A stretch of DNA of 64,000 nucleotides, from NCBI GenBank assembly GCA_963765675.1, contig CAVXXK010000001.1:384001-448000 (forward strand), read 5' to 3'. Each line of letters opens with the position of its first letter. The stretch's first letter is position 1. Shown piece after piece: positions 1-10,613 of the stretch. A program made the translations under genes and the position numbers. Origin of the DNA: an uncultured delta proteobacterium. Its GTDB lineage: Bacteria > Desulfobacterota > Binatia > Binatales > Binataceae. Under the pieces are notes generated by a model. The model ran no database searches. It was not told where the DNA came from and saw only the letters and a program-made list of their open reading frames with translations.

Positions 1-995
1 GTCTGCAGCGCCTCGCGCTCGGGAGCAAACCAGTAGCCGTAGTACACCATCTCCGCGTAGCGCGAGACGAGCGAATCGCGCAGATGCATCACCTCGCGAT
101 CGAGCGTCAACTGCTCGACGCCGCGATGCCCATGCGTAAGCATCGTGACGCCCGGGGTTTCGTACACGCCGCGCGATTTGATCCCGACGTAACGGTTCTC
201 GACCAAATCGACGCGGCCGACGCCGTGGCGTCCGGCGATTTCGTTGGCGCGCTCGATTATTCTTGCGGGAGAAAGTTTATCGCCATTGATCGCGATCGGA
301 TTTCCCGCCGCGTATTCGATCTCGACATACTCCGGCTGGTCGGGTGCATTCTCGGGCGCGACCGTTAGCCGGAACATGTCGTTGTAGGGCTCGCGCCACG
401 GGTCTTCGAGGATCCCGCCCTCGTAGCTGATATGCACCAGGTTGCGATCCATCGAATAGGGCTTTTCGGCCGTGACCGAAATGGGAATCTTCTTTTCATT
501 CGCGTAGGCGATCATGTCGGCGCGGCCCTTGAAGGTCCAGTCGGCGCGACGCCATGGAGCGATTATCTTGAGCTCCGGCGCAAGCCGCGCGATCGTCAGC
601 TCGTAGCGAACCTGGTCGTTGCCCTTTCCGGTGGCGCCGTGGGCGACCGCGTCGGCGCCTTCGGCAAGCGCGATTTCGACTTGCCGCTTCGCGATGACAG
701 GACGCGCGATCGACGTGCCGAGCAGATAGTAGCCCTCGTACACCGCGTTCGCGCGCATCATCGGAAACACAAAATCGCGCGCGAATTCCTCACGCAGGTC
801 GGCGAGGATGAACTTGCTCGCGCCGGTAGCTAGCGCTTTTTTCTCGAGCCCTTCAGTTTCCTCGGCCTGTCCGACGTCGGCGCAGTATGCGATCACCTCG
901 CATCCGAATTGATCCTTAATCCAGCGAAGGATCACTGACGTATCGAGCCCGCCAGAGTACGCGAGCACCAGCTTTCTGATTTTTTCCGTGGCCAT
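1..995 (-). CDS. argG: Argininosuccinate synthase (3' end runs off the window)
   Basis: Manual translation from ATG at 995 gives [22 protein letters not shown], followed by [14 protein letters not shown]. Not in the ORF track. Lies directly downstream of argF. Confidence 0.95.
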   Translation of the reverse strand, partial: MATEKIRKLVLAYSGGLDTSVILRWIKDQFGCEVIAYCADVGQAEETEGLEKKALATGASKFILADLREEFARDFVFPMMRANAVYEGYYLLGTSIARPVIAKRQVEIALAEGADAVAHGATGKGNDQVRYELTIARLAPELKIIAPWRRADWTFKGRADMIAYANEKKIPISVTAEKPYSMDRNLVHISYEGGILEDPWREPYNDMFRLTVAPENAPDQPEYVEIEYAAGNPIAINGDKLSPARIIERANEIAGRHGVGRVDLVENRYVGIKSRGVYETPGVTMLTHGHRGVEQLTLDREVMHLRDSLVSRYAEMVYYGYWFAPEREALQ

Positions 996-1013
996 CTTTT
1001 CTATTCGATTAAA

Positions 1014-2012
1014 TCACGCATCGCGTACGGACGCCGCATGCGCCAGAACCTCCGGACGCAGCAGCCAAACCATCACGGCCTTCTGCGCGTGGAGCCGATT
1101 CTCGGCCTGGTCGAGCACGACCGAGCGCGGGCCGTCGAGCACATCGTCGGTGATTTCCTCGCCGCGATGCGCCGGCAGGCAGTGCATCACCAATGCTTCC
1201 TTTGACGCGTGAGGAACCAGCGCGCCATTTACCTGGAAATCCTTGAAGTCGCGCCGGCGCTGCGGCGCTTCCTTCTCCCGGCCCATCGAAGTCCATGTGT
1301 CGGTATAGATCACGTCGGCGCCGGTCACAGCTTTGACCGGATCGTTGGTTACGACTCCGATCTCCTCGCGCCGCATCCGATCGAGGAAACTCTTTTCCGG
1401 CTCGTAGCCGCGAGGCACCGCCACGCGCAGCTCGAACTTCAATAGCGCGGCCGCTTCGATCCAGCTCTGCGCCATGTTGAATCCGTCGCCAACCCACGCG
1501 ATCTTGAGCTTCGAAATATCGCGGCCGAAATGCTCCTGCAGGGTTTGCAGGTCCGCCAGCACCTGGCACGGATGCAGCAAATCGCTAAGCCCATTGATGA
1601 CCGGCACCGACGCCTCGCGCGCGAGTTCGACGCAGTTCGAGTGCGCGAAAGTCCGAATCATAATCAGATCGACAACCCGCGAGAGATTGCGCGCCACGTC
1701 CTTGACCGTCTCGCGCTCGCCGATTCCGATATCGTTGGGCGCAAGATAGATCGCGTGACCGCCAAGCTGCGCCATCCCCGTCTCGAAGGTGATCCTCGTA
1801 CGCAGCGAGGGCTTCTGAAAAATCATCGCGAGAGTGCGCCCGCGCAGATAAGGATGCTCGATGCCTGACTTGAGCTCGGCCTTCAGCCGTGCCGCGAGGG
1901 CGAGCAGGCCATTCAGCTCATCCGTGGTCACCGACGACATGTCCAGAAAGTCGCGCTTGGCGCGAATCTCCGGCTGCGGCGCGATTCGTCCCTTCTGAAC
2001 CGCGGCACTCAC
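1014..2012 (-). CDS. argF: Ornithine carbamoyltransferase
   Basis: FQKPSLRTR, HPCQ, DVIYTDTW and MHCLP motifs; arg cluster context. Confidence 0.95.
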   Translation of the reverse strand: MSAAVQKGRIAPQPEIRAKRDFLDMSSVTTDELNGLLALAARLKAELKSGIEHPYLRGRTLAMIFQKPSLRTRITFETGMAQLGGHAIYLAPNDIGIGERETVKDVARNLSRVVDLIMIRTFAHSNCVELAREASVPVINGLSDLLHPCQVLADLQTLQEHFGRDISKLKIAWVGDGFNMAQSWIEAAALLKFELRVAVPRGYEPEKSFLDRMRREEIGVVTNDPVKAVTGADVIYTDTWTSMGREKEAPQRRRDFKDFQVNGALVPHASKEALVMHCLPAHRGEEITDDVLDGPRSVVLDQAENRLHAQKAVMVWLLRPEVLAHAASVRDA

Positions 2013-3208
2013 GGCGCCACCTGCGCGCTCTTGAGCGCCTTCTCGATTATCTTGAGCCCGATGTCCGCTTCCTCGCGAGTAAGGTTAAGCGGCGGGAGAA
2101 GGCGCAGGATGTGGCCCGCGGTCCCATTGACGAGGAGCTTTTCTTTCAGGCACGCATCGACGACCGGACGCGGATCGCCCTTCAGCACCACGCCGATGAT
2201 CATGCCGAGGCCGCGGACCTCGACCACGCCTTCGCAGCTCTTTCCGATCTCGCGCAGACGTTCGAGCATGTATGCGCCAACGGTGGTTGCGTTGTCGAGA
2301 ATTCCTTCCTGATCGATCGCGTCCAGAACCGCGAGGCCCGCGCTGCACGCGACCGGGTTTCCGCCGAAGGTGGTGCCGTGGCTGCTGGGCGTGAACGCGG
2401 ACGCAATTTCGTTTTTCGCGATCATCGCTCCGATCGGAATCCCGCCCGCCAGCGCCTTGGCCAGCGTCACGATGTCCGGCTTGATGCGCGCGTGCTCGAA
2501 GGCGAAAAATTTTCCCGTGCGGCCGACCCCGGTTTGAATTTCGTCGAGGATCATCAGGATGCCGCGGCGATCGCAGAAATCTCGCAGGCGGCTCAGGTAG
2601 TCGGGATGCGGCATGACGACGCCGCCCTCGCCCTGGATGGGCTCGACCATTACGCCGACGGTTTCGTCGTGAATCGCATGCTCGATCGCCGCGATATCGT
2701 CGAACGGAGCAAGTCGAAAGCCCGGCACCAGCGGCTGGAACCCCTGATGGTATTTCTCCTGGCCGGTCGCGCTGAGCGTCGCGAGCGTGCGGCCGTGAAA
2801 CGAACCCAACGTCGCTATAATTTCGTAGCGTCCGCCGCCGTCCTTGTGACCCCATCGGCGCGCGAGCTTGATCGCCGCTTCATTGGCCTCTGCGCCCGAA
2901 TTTCCGAAGAATACTTTCGCGCCGCCGAATCGAGTAGCCAAGCGCTCGGCCAGCCGCGCGGTGGGTTCGGTATGAAATACGTTCGAGACGTGGGTTAGTT
3001 TTTCGGCCTGCTCCTTGATCGCGCGGACGACCCGCGGATGTCCATGGCCGAGGCTGGTTACTGCAAGCCCGCAGAAAAAATCGAGGTAGCGGTTTCCGTC
3101 CGCATCGAAGAGGTACGCGCCGTGTCCGCGTACGAACGCGATCGGCAGGCATCCGTAGATGTCCACCATGTTGCGATGCGCCAGTTCGACGATTTCCGCA
3201 TTGTTCAT
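2009..3208 (-). CDS. argD: Acetylornithine aminotransferase
   Basis: Class III aminotransferase motifs NSGAEANE, SFHGRT, DEIQTG and LAKAL. Start taken as MNNAEIV. Confidence 0.92.
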   Translation of the reverse strand: MNNAEIVELAHRNMVDIYGCLPIAFVRGHGAYLFDADGNRYLDFFCGLAVTSLGHGHPRVVRAIKEQAEKLTHVSNVFHTEPTARLAERLATRFGGAKVFFGNSGAEANEAAIKLARRWGHKDGGGRYEIIATLGSFHGRTLATLSATGQEKYHQGFQPLVPGFRLAPFDDIAAIEHAIHDETVGVMVEPIQGEGGVVMPHPDYLSRLRDFCDRRGILMILDEIQTGVGRTGKFFAFEHARIKPDIVTLAKALAGGIPIGAMIAKNEIASAFTPSSHGTTFGGNPVACSAGLAVLDAIDQEGILDNATTVGAYMLERLREIGKSCEGVVEVRGLGMIIGVVLKGDPRPVVDACLKEKLLVNGTAGHILRLLPPLNLTREEADIGLKIIEKALKSAQVAP

Positions 3209-3230
3209 CGTGATGTAGCCATCCGAGTCC

Positions 3231-4157
3231 TCAGGCGTTCTTCTTCGCGCTGCGCGCAAGGTCCGCGACCCGGGCGCGCCGCTGCACCACTTCGGTGCCG
3301 ACTCCCATGCGTGTGAAAATTTCGAGCAGCACGGCGTGGCGGACCCGCCCGTCGAGGATGTGGGTCTTGCCGACGCCCTTGCCCAGAGCGTCGATACAGC
3401 ATTCGACCTTGGGTATCATCCCTTCCTGGATCACTCCGCGTGCGATCATGCGGCGCGCCTCGGCCGCGTCGAGCGTCGAAATGAGTTTGCCGTCGCGATC
3501 CTTCACGCCCTCGACGTCGCTCAGCAAAATCAGCTTCTCAGCTTTGAGCGCGGCGGCAATCTCGCCCGCCGCCACGTCGGCGTTGATATTGTAAGTCTGA
3601 CCGTCGCGGCCCACTCCGGTTGGCGCGATCACAGGGATAAAATTCGCCGCGTCCAGCGTTCTGATAATTTCGGGGTTAATCTGATCGACTTCACCCACAA
3701 GTCCGATATCAACCTCGCTCTTGCGCCCGGCCTCATCCTTGACGACCATCTGCATCTTGCGCGAGACGATCAGATCGCCGTCCTTGCCGGACAGTCCGAC
3801 CGCGCGGCCGCCGTGGCGCGAGAGCATCGCGACGATATCCTTGTTGATCCTCTGCAAGACCATCTCAGCCGCTTCCATCGTGGCCGCGTCGGTCACGCGC
3901 ATCCCACGCACGAAATGAGACTTGAGCCCAAGCTTTCCGATAAGCTCGCTTATCTGCGGACCGCCGCCGTGCACCACGACCGGGTTGATGCCGACCAGAT
4001 CGAGCAGCACCACGTCCTCGGCGAAGCCCGAGCGCAGTTCGTCGGATTGCATCGCATGGCCGCCGTACTTGATTACAAACGTCTGCCCACGAAAGCGCCG
4101 GATAAAGGGCAGCGCCTCGATCAGAACTTCGGCTCGCGCGATGAGATCTTTGTTCAC
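3231..4157 (-). CDS. argB: Acetylglutamate kinase
   Basis: VIKYGG, VHGGGPQI, YNINAD and GMIPKV motifs; GTG start after GGAG. Confidence 0.95.
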   Translation of the reverse strand: MNKDLIARAEVLIEALPFIRRFRGQTFVIKYGGHAMQSDELRSGFAEDVVLLDLVGINPVVVHGGGPQISELIGKLGLKSHFVRGMRVTDAATMEAAEMVLQRINKDIVAMLSRHGGRAVGLSGKDGDLIVSRKMQMVVKDEAGRKSEVDIGLVGEVDQINPEIIRTLDAANFIPVIAPTGVGRDGQTYNINADVAAGEIAAALKAEKLILLSDVEGVKDRDGKLISTLDAAEARRMIARGVIQEGMIPKVECCIDALGKGVGKTHILDGRVRHAVLLEIFTRMGVGTEVVQRRARVADLARSAKKNA

Positions 4158-4317
4158 GTAGTCTCCGCCCACTCCATCCGGTCACGGCGATAACCGCGCC
4201 CTGAGTCGCAATCAAAACAGGCTTGCGGGCGCGGCGCAATTGCCAGCCCATCGCCCTGACCGACTTCCCGCTGAGCCACGGCCCGAACGCGCGCCGGGCA
4301 GCTATAGCGCTTCGACA

Positions 4318-5691
4318 TTACAGGATGTAGCGCGAGAGGTCCTCGTCCTTGAGGATCGGGTCCAGGTGGGCGTGGACGTAGCCCGCGTCGATAGTCAGAT
4401 CGCGATCGCCCAGCTCGGGCGCGTTGAAGGAGATCTCTTCGAGCAGCCGCTCGAGGACGGTGTGCAGGCGCCGTGCGCCGATATTTTCAGTCCGGTCGTT
4501 GACCTGTGCGGCGATCTCCGCCAGCGCGGCCACCGAATCATCGGTGAAAGTGAGCCGCAGCCCCTCGGTCGCCATCAGCGCCACGTATTGCCGTGTCAGC
4601 GAATTTTCAGGCTCGGTCAGGATGCGGATAAAGTCCTCGCGCGCGAGCGCCTTCAGCTCAACGCGAATCGGAAAGCGACCCTGGAACTCGGGAATCAGGT
4701 CGGAGGGCTTACTGGTATGAAACGCGCCCGACGCGACGAACAGGATATGGTCGGTGCGAATCGCGCCGTACTTGGTGTTGACGGTCGAACCCTCGACGAT
4801 CGGCAGCAGGTCGCGTTGCACGCCCTCGCGCGAAACGTCGGGTCCGCGGCCCGCCTCGCGTCCCGCGATTTTGTCGATCTCGTCGATAAATACAATGCCC
4901 GACTGCTCGGCGCGATTGATCGCCTCGTGCGCGACCGCCTCCATATCTACGAGCCGCGCGGCTTCTTCCTGGGTCAGAATCTCGAGCGCTTCGGGAATTT
5001 TCACCTTCCGATGATGCGTCTTCTTGGGCATGATCTGGCTCATCAGGTCCTTCATGTTGAAGCCCATCTCTTCCATGCCCTGCGGTGTAAACACCTCGAC
5101 CATCGGAGTCGCGTTGGCCGAGACCTCGATCTCGACCTCGCGTTCATTGAGATGCCCCTGCGCGAGCAGCTTGCGCAACTTCTCGCGCGTGTCGCGATGC
5201 GAATCGCTTTCGGCCGCTTCGAGATGGCCGTCGGGAGTGATACTTGCCGGGCGGCGCGCTTTCGTCGGCGGCGGAAACAGCAGGTCGAGCAGCCGTTCTT
5301 CAGCATTCTCGCGCGCCTTCACTTTGACGCGGCTGCGCTCTTCCTCCCGCACCATCTTGACCGAGATTTCCGCGAGGTCGCGGATCATCGACTCGACATC
5401 GCGTCCGACGTACCCGACTTCGGTGTAACGCGAGGCTTCCACCTTGACGAACGGCGCCTGCGCGAGCTTTGCCAGGCGGCGCGCGATCTCCGTCTTGCCG
5501 ACGCCGGTCGGGCCAATCATCAGGATGTTCTTGGGAGCGATTTCGTCGCGCAGATCGGGCGCGACGTTCTGCCGCCGCCATCGGTTGCGCAGCGCGATCG
5601 CGACCGCGCGTTTGGCGTCATGCTGACCGACGATATACCGATCGAGTTCGGAGACAATCTCGCGCGGGGTCATTACCTGTGGAACTGCCAT
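4318..5691 (-). CDS. hslU: ATP-dependent protease ATPase subunit HslU
   Basis: [12 protein letters not shown]-terminus, GPTGVGKT Walker A, FIDEIDK Walker B, DLSRYIL C-terminus. Confidence 0.97.
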   Translation of the reverse strand: MAVPQVMTPREIVSELDRYIVGQHDAKRAVAIALRNRWRRQNVAPDLRDEIAPKNILMIGPTGVGKTEIARRLAKLAQAPFVKVEASRYTEVGYVGRDVESMIRDLAEISVKMVREEERSRVKVKARENAEERLLDLLFPPPTKARRPASITPDGHLEAAESDSHRDTREKLRKLLAQGHLNEREVEIEVSANATPMVEVFTPQGMEEMGFNMKDLMSQIMPKKTHHRKVKIPEALEILTQEEAARLVDMEAVAHEAINRAEQSGIVFIDEIDKIAGREAGRGPDVSREGVQRDLLPIVEGSTVNTKYGAIRTDHILFVASGAFHTSKPSDLIPEFQGRFPIRVELKALAREDFIRILTEPENSLTRQYVALMATEGLRLTFTDDSVAALAEIAAQVNDRTENIGARRLHTVLERLLEEISFNAPELGDRDLTIDAGYVHAHLDPILKDEDLSRYIL

Positions 5692-5770
5692 CGTATGGTT
5701 TGCGAATAAATCCGCGTGGGCGGCCTTTGCGCTCCGCGCCTTAAAGACTAATCGCGATTTGGCCGCGTGC

Positions 5771-6304
5771 CTATAACTCTTCGATAATAAATTGGTCGTT
5801 GGTGTAGACGCAGAGTTCGGACGCGATCTTGAGCGACGCTTCCGCGATCTGCCGGGCCGACAGGCCCGTGTTGTGCCGCAAAAGCGCGCGCGCCGCCGAA
5901 AGCGCGAAGTTCCCGCCCGATCCGATCGCCAAAATGCCGTCGTCGGGCTCGATCACGTCACCCACCCCCGACAGGAGTAGCGAGCTTTCGGCGTCGGCAA
6001 CGATCAGCATCGCCTCGAGCCGACGTAGAACCCTATCGGTGCGCCAATCCTTGGCCAGCTCGACCGCGGCGCGCCTCAGCACGCCGTTGTACTCCTGGAG
6101 CTTGCTCTCGAATTTATCGAACAGCGTAAGTCCATCAGCGGTCGAGCCGGCGAAGCCCGCCAGCACGCGGTCTCCGTGAAGACGACGCACCTTGCGCGCC
6201 CCGCTCTTCATGATAGTCGGTCCGGCGCTGACTTGGCCGTCCCCGCCCATCACGACCTTGCCTTCGTGGCGGACGCTCAGAATCGTTGTGCTGCGGATTT
6301 TCAT
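5771..6304 (-). CDS. hslV: ATP-dependent protease peptidase subunit HslV
   Basis: TTI catalytic Thr, [14 protein letters not shown] and CVYTN motifs. Confidence 0.97.
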   Translation of the reverse strand: MKIRSTTILSVRHEGKVVMGGDGQVSAGPTIMKSGARKVRRLHGDRVLAGFAGSTADGLTLFDKFESKLQEYNGVLRRAAVELAKDWRTDRVLRRLEAMLIVADAESSLLLSGVGDVIEPDDGILAIGSGGNFALSAARALLRHNTGLSARQIAEASLKIASELCVYTNDQFIIEEL

Positions 6305-6333
6305 TTTTCCTTCAGGCGTCGCTCGCGCGTTTC

Positions 6334-7242
6334 TTATGCGCGCGGATGCGAGCTCCGGTAAACCTTCTTGAGATGGTTTATGCTGACATGCGTGTAGCGC
6401 TGCGTGGTCGCGAGACTCGCGTGCCCGAGCATCTCCTGGATCGAGCGCAGGTCGGCGCCATTACCCAGCATATGCGTTGCGAACGAATGACGCAGCCCGT
6501 GCGGGGTCAGCGCGATCGGTACGCCCGCGCGGGTGATTCGATCGCGCACGATATTTTCGACGCTGCGGGTCGTCAGCCGCGCGCCGCGCAAGTTTACGAT
6601 CACGGGACCATCCGCCTCCCACGCGATCGGCATCACGCGCCGCCACGCGATTAGCGCGTCGAGCGCGGGATCTCCGATCGGCACCACGCGATCCTTGTTG
6701 CCTTTGCCCGAACGCACCGTCAGCATCCCGATTTCTTCGTCGATATCACGCCAGTTGAGGCCTACCAGCTCGCTCACGCGGATCCCGGTCGAGTAGAGCG
6801 TCTCGATTATCGCGCGATCGCGAAGCGCGGCGGCCGTATGCAGGTCGGCGTCGAGGTCGATCAATTTCCCTACGTCTTCCTGCCCCAGGACCAGAGGTAG
6901 ATGCCGCTCCGAGCGCGGCGAGCGCATCGTGCGCGTGGGGTTGTCGGCAGCGCCGGCGTTCTCGCGGTAGCGGAAAAACGCCTTGGCAGCGCTGAGCCGC
7001 CGCTGCACCGTCGCGCGCTGATATTTCTTTGTATTGATCATATTCGACAGCCATGCGCGAATGTGGTCGGCCGTGATCGACGCGGGATCGACTTCATCTT
7101 CCTTTCGCCCGAGCACCGCCGCGCGCTCGAGCATGAAGCTGCGCAGCGCCATCAGGTCGCGCCGGTAATTATCAACGGTATGCGCCGAGGCGCGTGCCGC
7201 GTGCGCGAGCGCGGCGGCAAACGCCTCGATCGCGTCCAGCAT
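6334..7242 (-). CDS. xerC: Tyrosine recombinase XerC
   Basis: [28 protein letters not shown] and [12 protein letters not shown] motifs. Position upstream of hslVU is typical of xerC. Confidence 0.88.
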   Translation of the reverse strand: MLDAIEAFAAALAHAARASAHTVDNYRRDLMALRSFMLERAAVLGRKEDEVDPASITADHIRAWLSNMINTKKYQRATVQRRLSAAKAFFRYRENAGAADNPTRTMRSPRSERHLPLVLGQEDVGKLIDLDADLHTAAALRDRAIIETLYSTGIRVSELVGLNWRDIDEEIGMLTVRSGKGNKDRVVPIGDPALDALIAWRRVMPIAWEADGPVIVNLRGARLTTRSVENIVRDRITRAGVPIALTPHGLRHSFATHMLGNGADLRSIQEMLGHASLATTQRYTHVSINHLKKVYRSSHPRA

Positions 7243-7344
7243 TGTCTCGCGCGCGGGTGCCACAGCGGCTATGCTATCAGTGGCGAAGTGCTTGAAAAAG
7301 CGCGGTTTTCCGGACCGGGGCCGGGACGCATCGCGGGGCGCGCG

Positions 7345-7620
7345 ATGAACTGTTTCTTCTGTGGCGGTGAAATCGAGGTTCGCGAGCGCGTGAGCTTTCG
7401 CGAGGTCTGTCCCGGATGCGGCCGTGCACAGCATGCGTGCCGAAACTGCGGATTTTACGATCCGGCGTACAATAATCAGTGCCGGGAGCCGATGGCGGAT
7501 CGGGTGGTCGATAAGGAACGCTCGAACTTTTGCGAGTACTTCACTCCGACGAAAAACCGCGCCGTCGCGAAACCGGTCTCGACGCGCAAAGCACTGGACG
7601 AGTTGTTCAAGAAGAAATGA
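7345..7620 (+). CDS. Small Cys-rich (zinc/Fe-S ribbon-like) hypothetical protein, 91 aa
   Basis: MNCFFC...CPGC...HACRNC...QCRE...NFCEYF, 8 Cys; stop overlaps the next start (ATGA). Confidence 0.75.
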   Translation: MNCFFCGGEIEVRERVSFREVCPGCGRAQHACRNCGFYDPAYNNQCREPMADRVVDKERSNFCEYFTPTKNRAVAKPVSTRKALDELFKKK

Positions 7621-8051
7621 TGCCACGGTCACGAGCTAAGAATCGCCGCGCAGGGTTGGGCTCTTTGATGCTCGCGCTTGCGGTCGTCGTTCTCGCCGCA
7701 TCCTCCTGCACCAAGTTCAACAGCCCGCGCGGCGTGGTCGATCGCTTCATCACCGCGCACTACATGGCGATCGATCTGAAAGCCGCCGAGCCGCTATGCA
7801 CCGGGCTGGCGCTCGACAAGCTGCATCAGGAAATGAAACTGACCCAGGGTCAGGCGATCGACGAAACCACGCGCAAGCCTGTCATCCACTACAAGCTCAA
7901 GGCGGAGCGCGACGCTCCCGACCATATCCAGTATGTGTTCCTCGCGACGATCGACGTACCCGAAGGCGGCTCGTTCAAGAAGAATTGGATGATCTCCGCG
8001 CGCAAGGAAGGCGAGACCTGGAAGGTCTCCGACTTCAACGAGTACGACTAG
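7617..8051 (+). CDS. Putative lipoprotein of unknown function
   Basis: Basic N-terminus, hydrophobic stretch and LAASSC lipobox-like Cys; coupled to the upstream ORF. Confidence 0.65.
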   Translation: MMPRSRAKNRRAGLGSLMLALAVVVLAASSCTKFNSPRGVVDRFITAHYMAIDLKAAEPLCTGLALDKLHQEMKLTQGQAIDETTRKPVIHYKLKAERDAPDHIQYVFLATIDVPEGGSFKKNWMISARKEGETWKVSDFNEYD

Positions 8052-8067
8052 CGAGTACGACTAATCG

Positions 8068-9537
8068 ATGGCGCAAGATTCGCGCATAGGGAAAGGCGGC
8101 CTCGCCGCGATCGTGCTCGCTGCCGGACTCGGCACCCGGATGCGCTCGGCGCGGGCCAAGGTTCTGCACGAGATCGGCGGCAGCGCGATGGTCACGCGAG
8201 TCATCCGCGCGCTCGAGGCGGCGGGCGCCGCGCCGATCGTCGCCGTCGCCGGCTATCAGGCGCGCGACGTTGAGGCCGCTGTGCGCAATGCCGCCGCTAG
8301 TGCGCAGATTGCAATCGCGATTCAGGCCGAGCCGCGCGGCACCGGCGACGCCGCGCGCTCAGGCATTGGCGCGACTCCGCCGGACTACGCCGGTGACGTA
8401 CTGATCGCATACGGCGACATGCCGATGCTGACCGCGGCGACGCTTTCTGCGTTCATCCGTGCGCATTACGAAAGCGGCGCGGCGCTGTCGTTCATCAGCG
8501 TGGTCCTCGATAACGGCGGCGCGTACGGGCGAGTGCTCCGCGACGCTGACGGAGCGGCGCTCGCGATCGTTGAGGCGCGCGACGCGTCGCCGGCGGAACT
8601 CGCGGTCCGTGAAATCAACACCGGAATCTATATTGCACACGCAGGCTTTCTGCGCGCGGCGCTTGCCGGCCTCCAACCAAAGAACGCGCAGCATGAATTT
8701 TATCTGACCGATATTGTCGCGTCGGCGCGCAAGCGCGGACTCGCGGTCCAGGCGTGGCGGGCGCGGGACGCGGCGGAATTCGCGGGCGTGAACACGCGCG
8801 AGGAGTTGGCATCGATGGAAACCGTACTTCGTGACCAGGTGAACCGGCGGCTGATGGCGGCGGGAGTGACGTTCGTCGATCCCGCTTCGGCGTATATTTC
8901 CGACCAGGCGGAGATCGCCGCCGACGTGATCATCGGACCCAATGTGCAGATTCTCGGGCGATGCCGCGTTGGCGCGGAGACCAGAATCGAGGGCACCGCG
9001 TGGCTGAAGGACGTCGAGATCGGCGAGCGATGCCATATCAAGCTGGGCGTTCGCGCCGAGGAGTGCCGGATCGGCGCGGACTCGGAGATCGGACCATTCG
9101 CGAATCTGCGCGCTGGGACTGACCTCGAGGGGCACAATCGCATCGGCAATTTCGTCGAAACCAAAAAGGCAAAAATCGGACACGGCACCAAGGCCAGCCA
9201 TCTGAGTTACCTGGGCGACGTGACGATCGGCCGCGACACCAACGTCGGATGCGGCGTGATCACCGTCAACTATGACGGCTACGAAAAGCACGCCACCCAG
9301 ATCGGCGACCGCTGCATGATCGGATGCGACACCCAGCTAGTCGCGCCAATCAAGGTCGGCAACGACGCGTACGTCGCCTCGGGCACGACAATTATCCGCG
9401 AGGTTTCCGATGGCGCGCTGGTGATGTCGAATCATCCGCAACGCGAAAAACCCGGCTGGACCGCAACCTGGCGCAAACGCCACGGCGACAACGGCACTGG
9501 CTCGACGAGTCACGCATCCAAGCCCTCCGGCAAATGA
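8068..9537 (+). CDS. glmU: Bifunctional UDP-GlcNAc pyrophosphorylase / glucosamine-1-phosphate acetyltransferase
   Basis: LAAGLGTRMRS, EINTG, EFYLTD, hexapeptide repeats, GNFVETK, HLSYLGD and NYDG motifs. Confidence 0.96.
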   Translation: MAQDSRIGKGGLAAIVLAAGLGTRMRSARAKVLHEIGGSAMVTRVIRALEAAGAAPIVAVAGYQARDVEAAVRNAAASAQIAIAIQAEPRGTGDAARSGIGATPPDYAGDVLIAYGDMPMLTAATLSAFIRAHYESGAALSFISVVLDNGGAYGRVLRDADGAALAIVEARDASPAELAVREINTGIYIAHAGFLRAALAGLQPKNAQHEFYLTDIVASARKRGLAVQAWRARDAAEFAGVNTREELASMETVLRDQVNRRLMAAGVTFVDPASAYISDQAEIAADVIIGPNVQILGRCRVGAETRIEGTAWLKDVEIGERCHIKLGVRAEECRIGADSEIGPFANLRAGTDLEGHNRIGNFVETKKAKIGHGTKASHLSYLGDVTIGRDTNVGCGVITVNYDGYEKHATQIGDRCMIGCDTQLVAPIKVGNDAYVASGTTIIREVSDGALVMSNHPQREKPGWTATWRKRHGDNGTGSTSHASKPSGK

Positions 9538-9564
9538 CGCAACGGAAAGTCGCGGGATGAACCG

Positions 9565-10443
9565 GTGCGGCAGATTTCTCGCCGAAAGCTGCTGATCGCC
9601 TCGTTGCTCGCCGGGCCGGCTCTGTTGAGTTTTCGGGCTGCTGCCGATGATCAGGACGCAGAGTTGCGACGCAGAGTTGCCGATCTCGAACGGAGGCACG
9701 GTGGCCGGCTTGGCGTCGCGGTTCTCGATACCGCGAGGATGAAGCTGATCGCACATCGTGGTGACGAGCGCTTTCCCATGTGCAGCACGTCCAAGTTTCC
9801 AACCGCCGCATTCGTCATGGCGCGGGTTGATCACAAGCAGGAGAGCCTGGGCCGCCGGATCGTCTATTCGAAGGATTACCTGGTTCCGTATTCCCCGGTC
9901 ACCGAGAAGCACGTCGGCGGCGACGGACTGACCGTCGGCGAAATCTGCGGAGCGGCACTGACCCTCAGCGACAACACGGCAGAGAACCTGCTCCTGGACA
10001 CCTTCGGCGGGCCGGCGGCATTGACGGCCTACCTCCGCTCGCTTGGAGACAGGGTCACTCGGCTCGACCGGCGTGAACCGGAGCTGAACACAGCCATCCC
10101 CGGCGATCCGCGCGACACCACTACTCCGATCGCGATGCTGGAAATCCTGCACAAGATCATCCTCGGTACCGCGCTATCGGCCTCCTCTCGCGAGCAACTG
10201 ACCGCGTGGATCGTCGCAAGTAAGACCGGCGACAAGCGCTTGCGCGCAGGCATGCCAAAAGGTTGGCGCGTCGGAGACAAGACCGGCTCCGGGCCGAACA
10301 ATGTAACGAACGACATCGCCGTCGCATGGCCGCCAGCGCGCGCACCAATAATCGTGACGGCCTACTATGCTGGCGCTCGCGCATCGGATGACGAGCGGAA
10401 TGCGATCCTGGCAGAGGTCGGCCAACTCGCGCTGACGGTTTGA
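9565..10443 (+). CDS. bla: Class A serine beta-lactamase with Tat-type signal peptide
   Basis: SRRKLL twin-arginine signal; SxxK (STSK), SDN, omega-loop EPELN and KTG motifs all intact. Confidence 0.93.
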   Translation: MRQISRRKLLIASLLAGPALLSFRAAADDQDAELRRRVADLERRHGGRLGVAVLDTARMKLIAHRGDERFPMCSTSKFPTAAFVMARVDHKQESLGRRIVYSKDYLVPYSPVTEKHVGGDGLTVGEICGAALTLSDNTAENLLLDTFGGPAALTAYLRSLGDRVTRLDRREPELNTAIPGDPRDTTTPIAMLEILHKIILGTALSASSREQLTAWIVASKTGDKRLRAGMPKGWRVGDKTGSGPNNVTNDIAVAWPPARAPIIVTAYYAGARASDDERNAILAEVGQLALTV

Positions 10444-10516
10444 GGCCATCTGTCACTCGGCGAGTTCTCGGCGCTCCTTGGATATAGTCCATCCAACGCC
10501 ACCCAAAATGCCGCGC

Positions 10517-10545
10517 TTGTACCATCCTGCGCGGGCGGGGATAAT
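10517..10545 (+). promoter_or_regulatory. Putative sigma70 promoter for the ribozyme-glmS transcript
   Basis: TTGTAC-N17-GATAAT, about 75 nt upstream of the ribozyme cleavage site. Confidence 0.55.
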
Positions 10546-10613
10546 CTTTGGTAAGGGAAACGAAGCCCGAATTTCTATCGAGGTGATGGTCGAGCTGATT
10601 CAACGCATAGGAC

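Noticed and set aside
4240-5709. Long antisense ORFs (for example 489 aa opposite hslU, 450 aa opposite DUF1329 copy 3, 503 aa opposite polB)
   Set aside because: Shadow ORFs expected from high-GC codon bias; no recognisable motifs.
6334-7242. Tyrosine recombinase as a phage or island integrase
   Set aside because: Size, motifs and hslVU context fit housekeeping XerC; no att sites or cargo.
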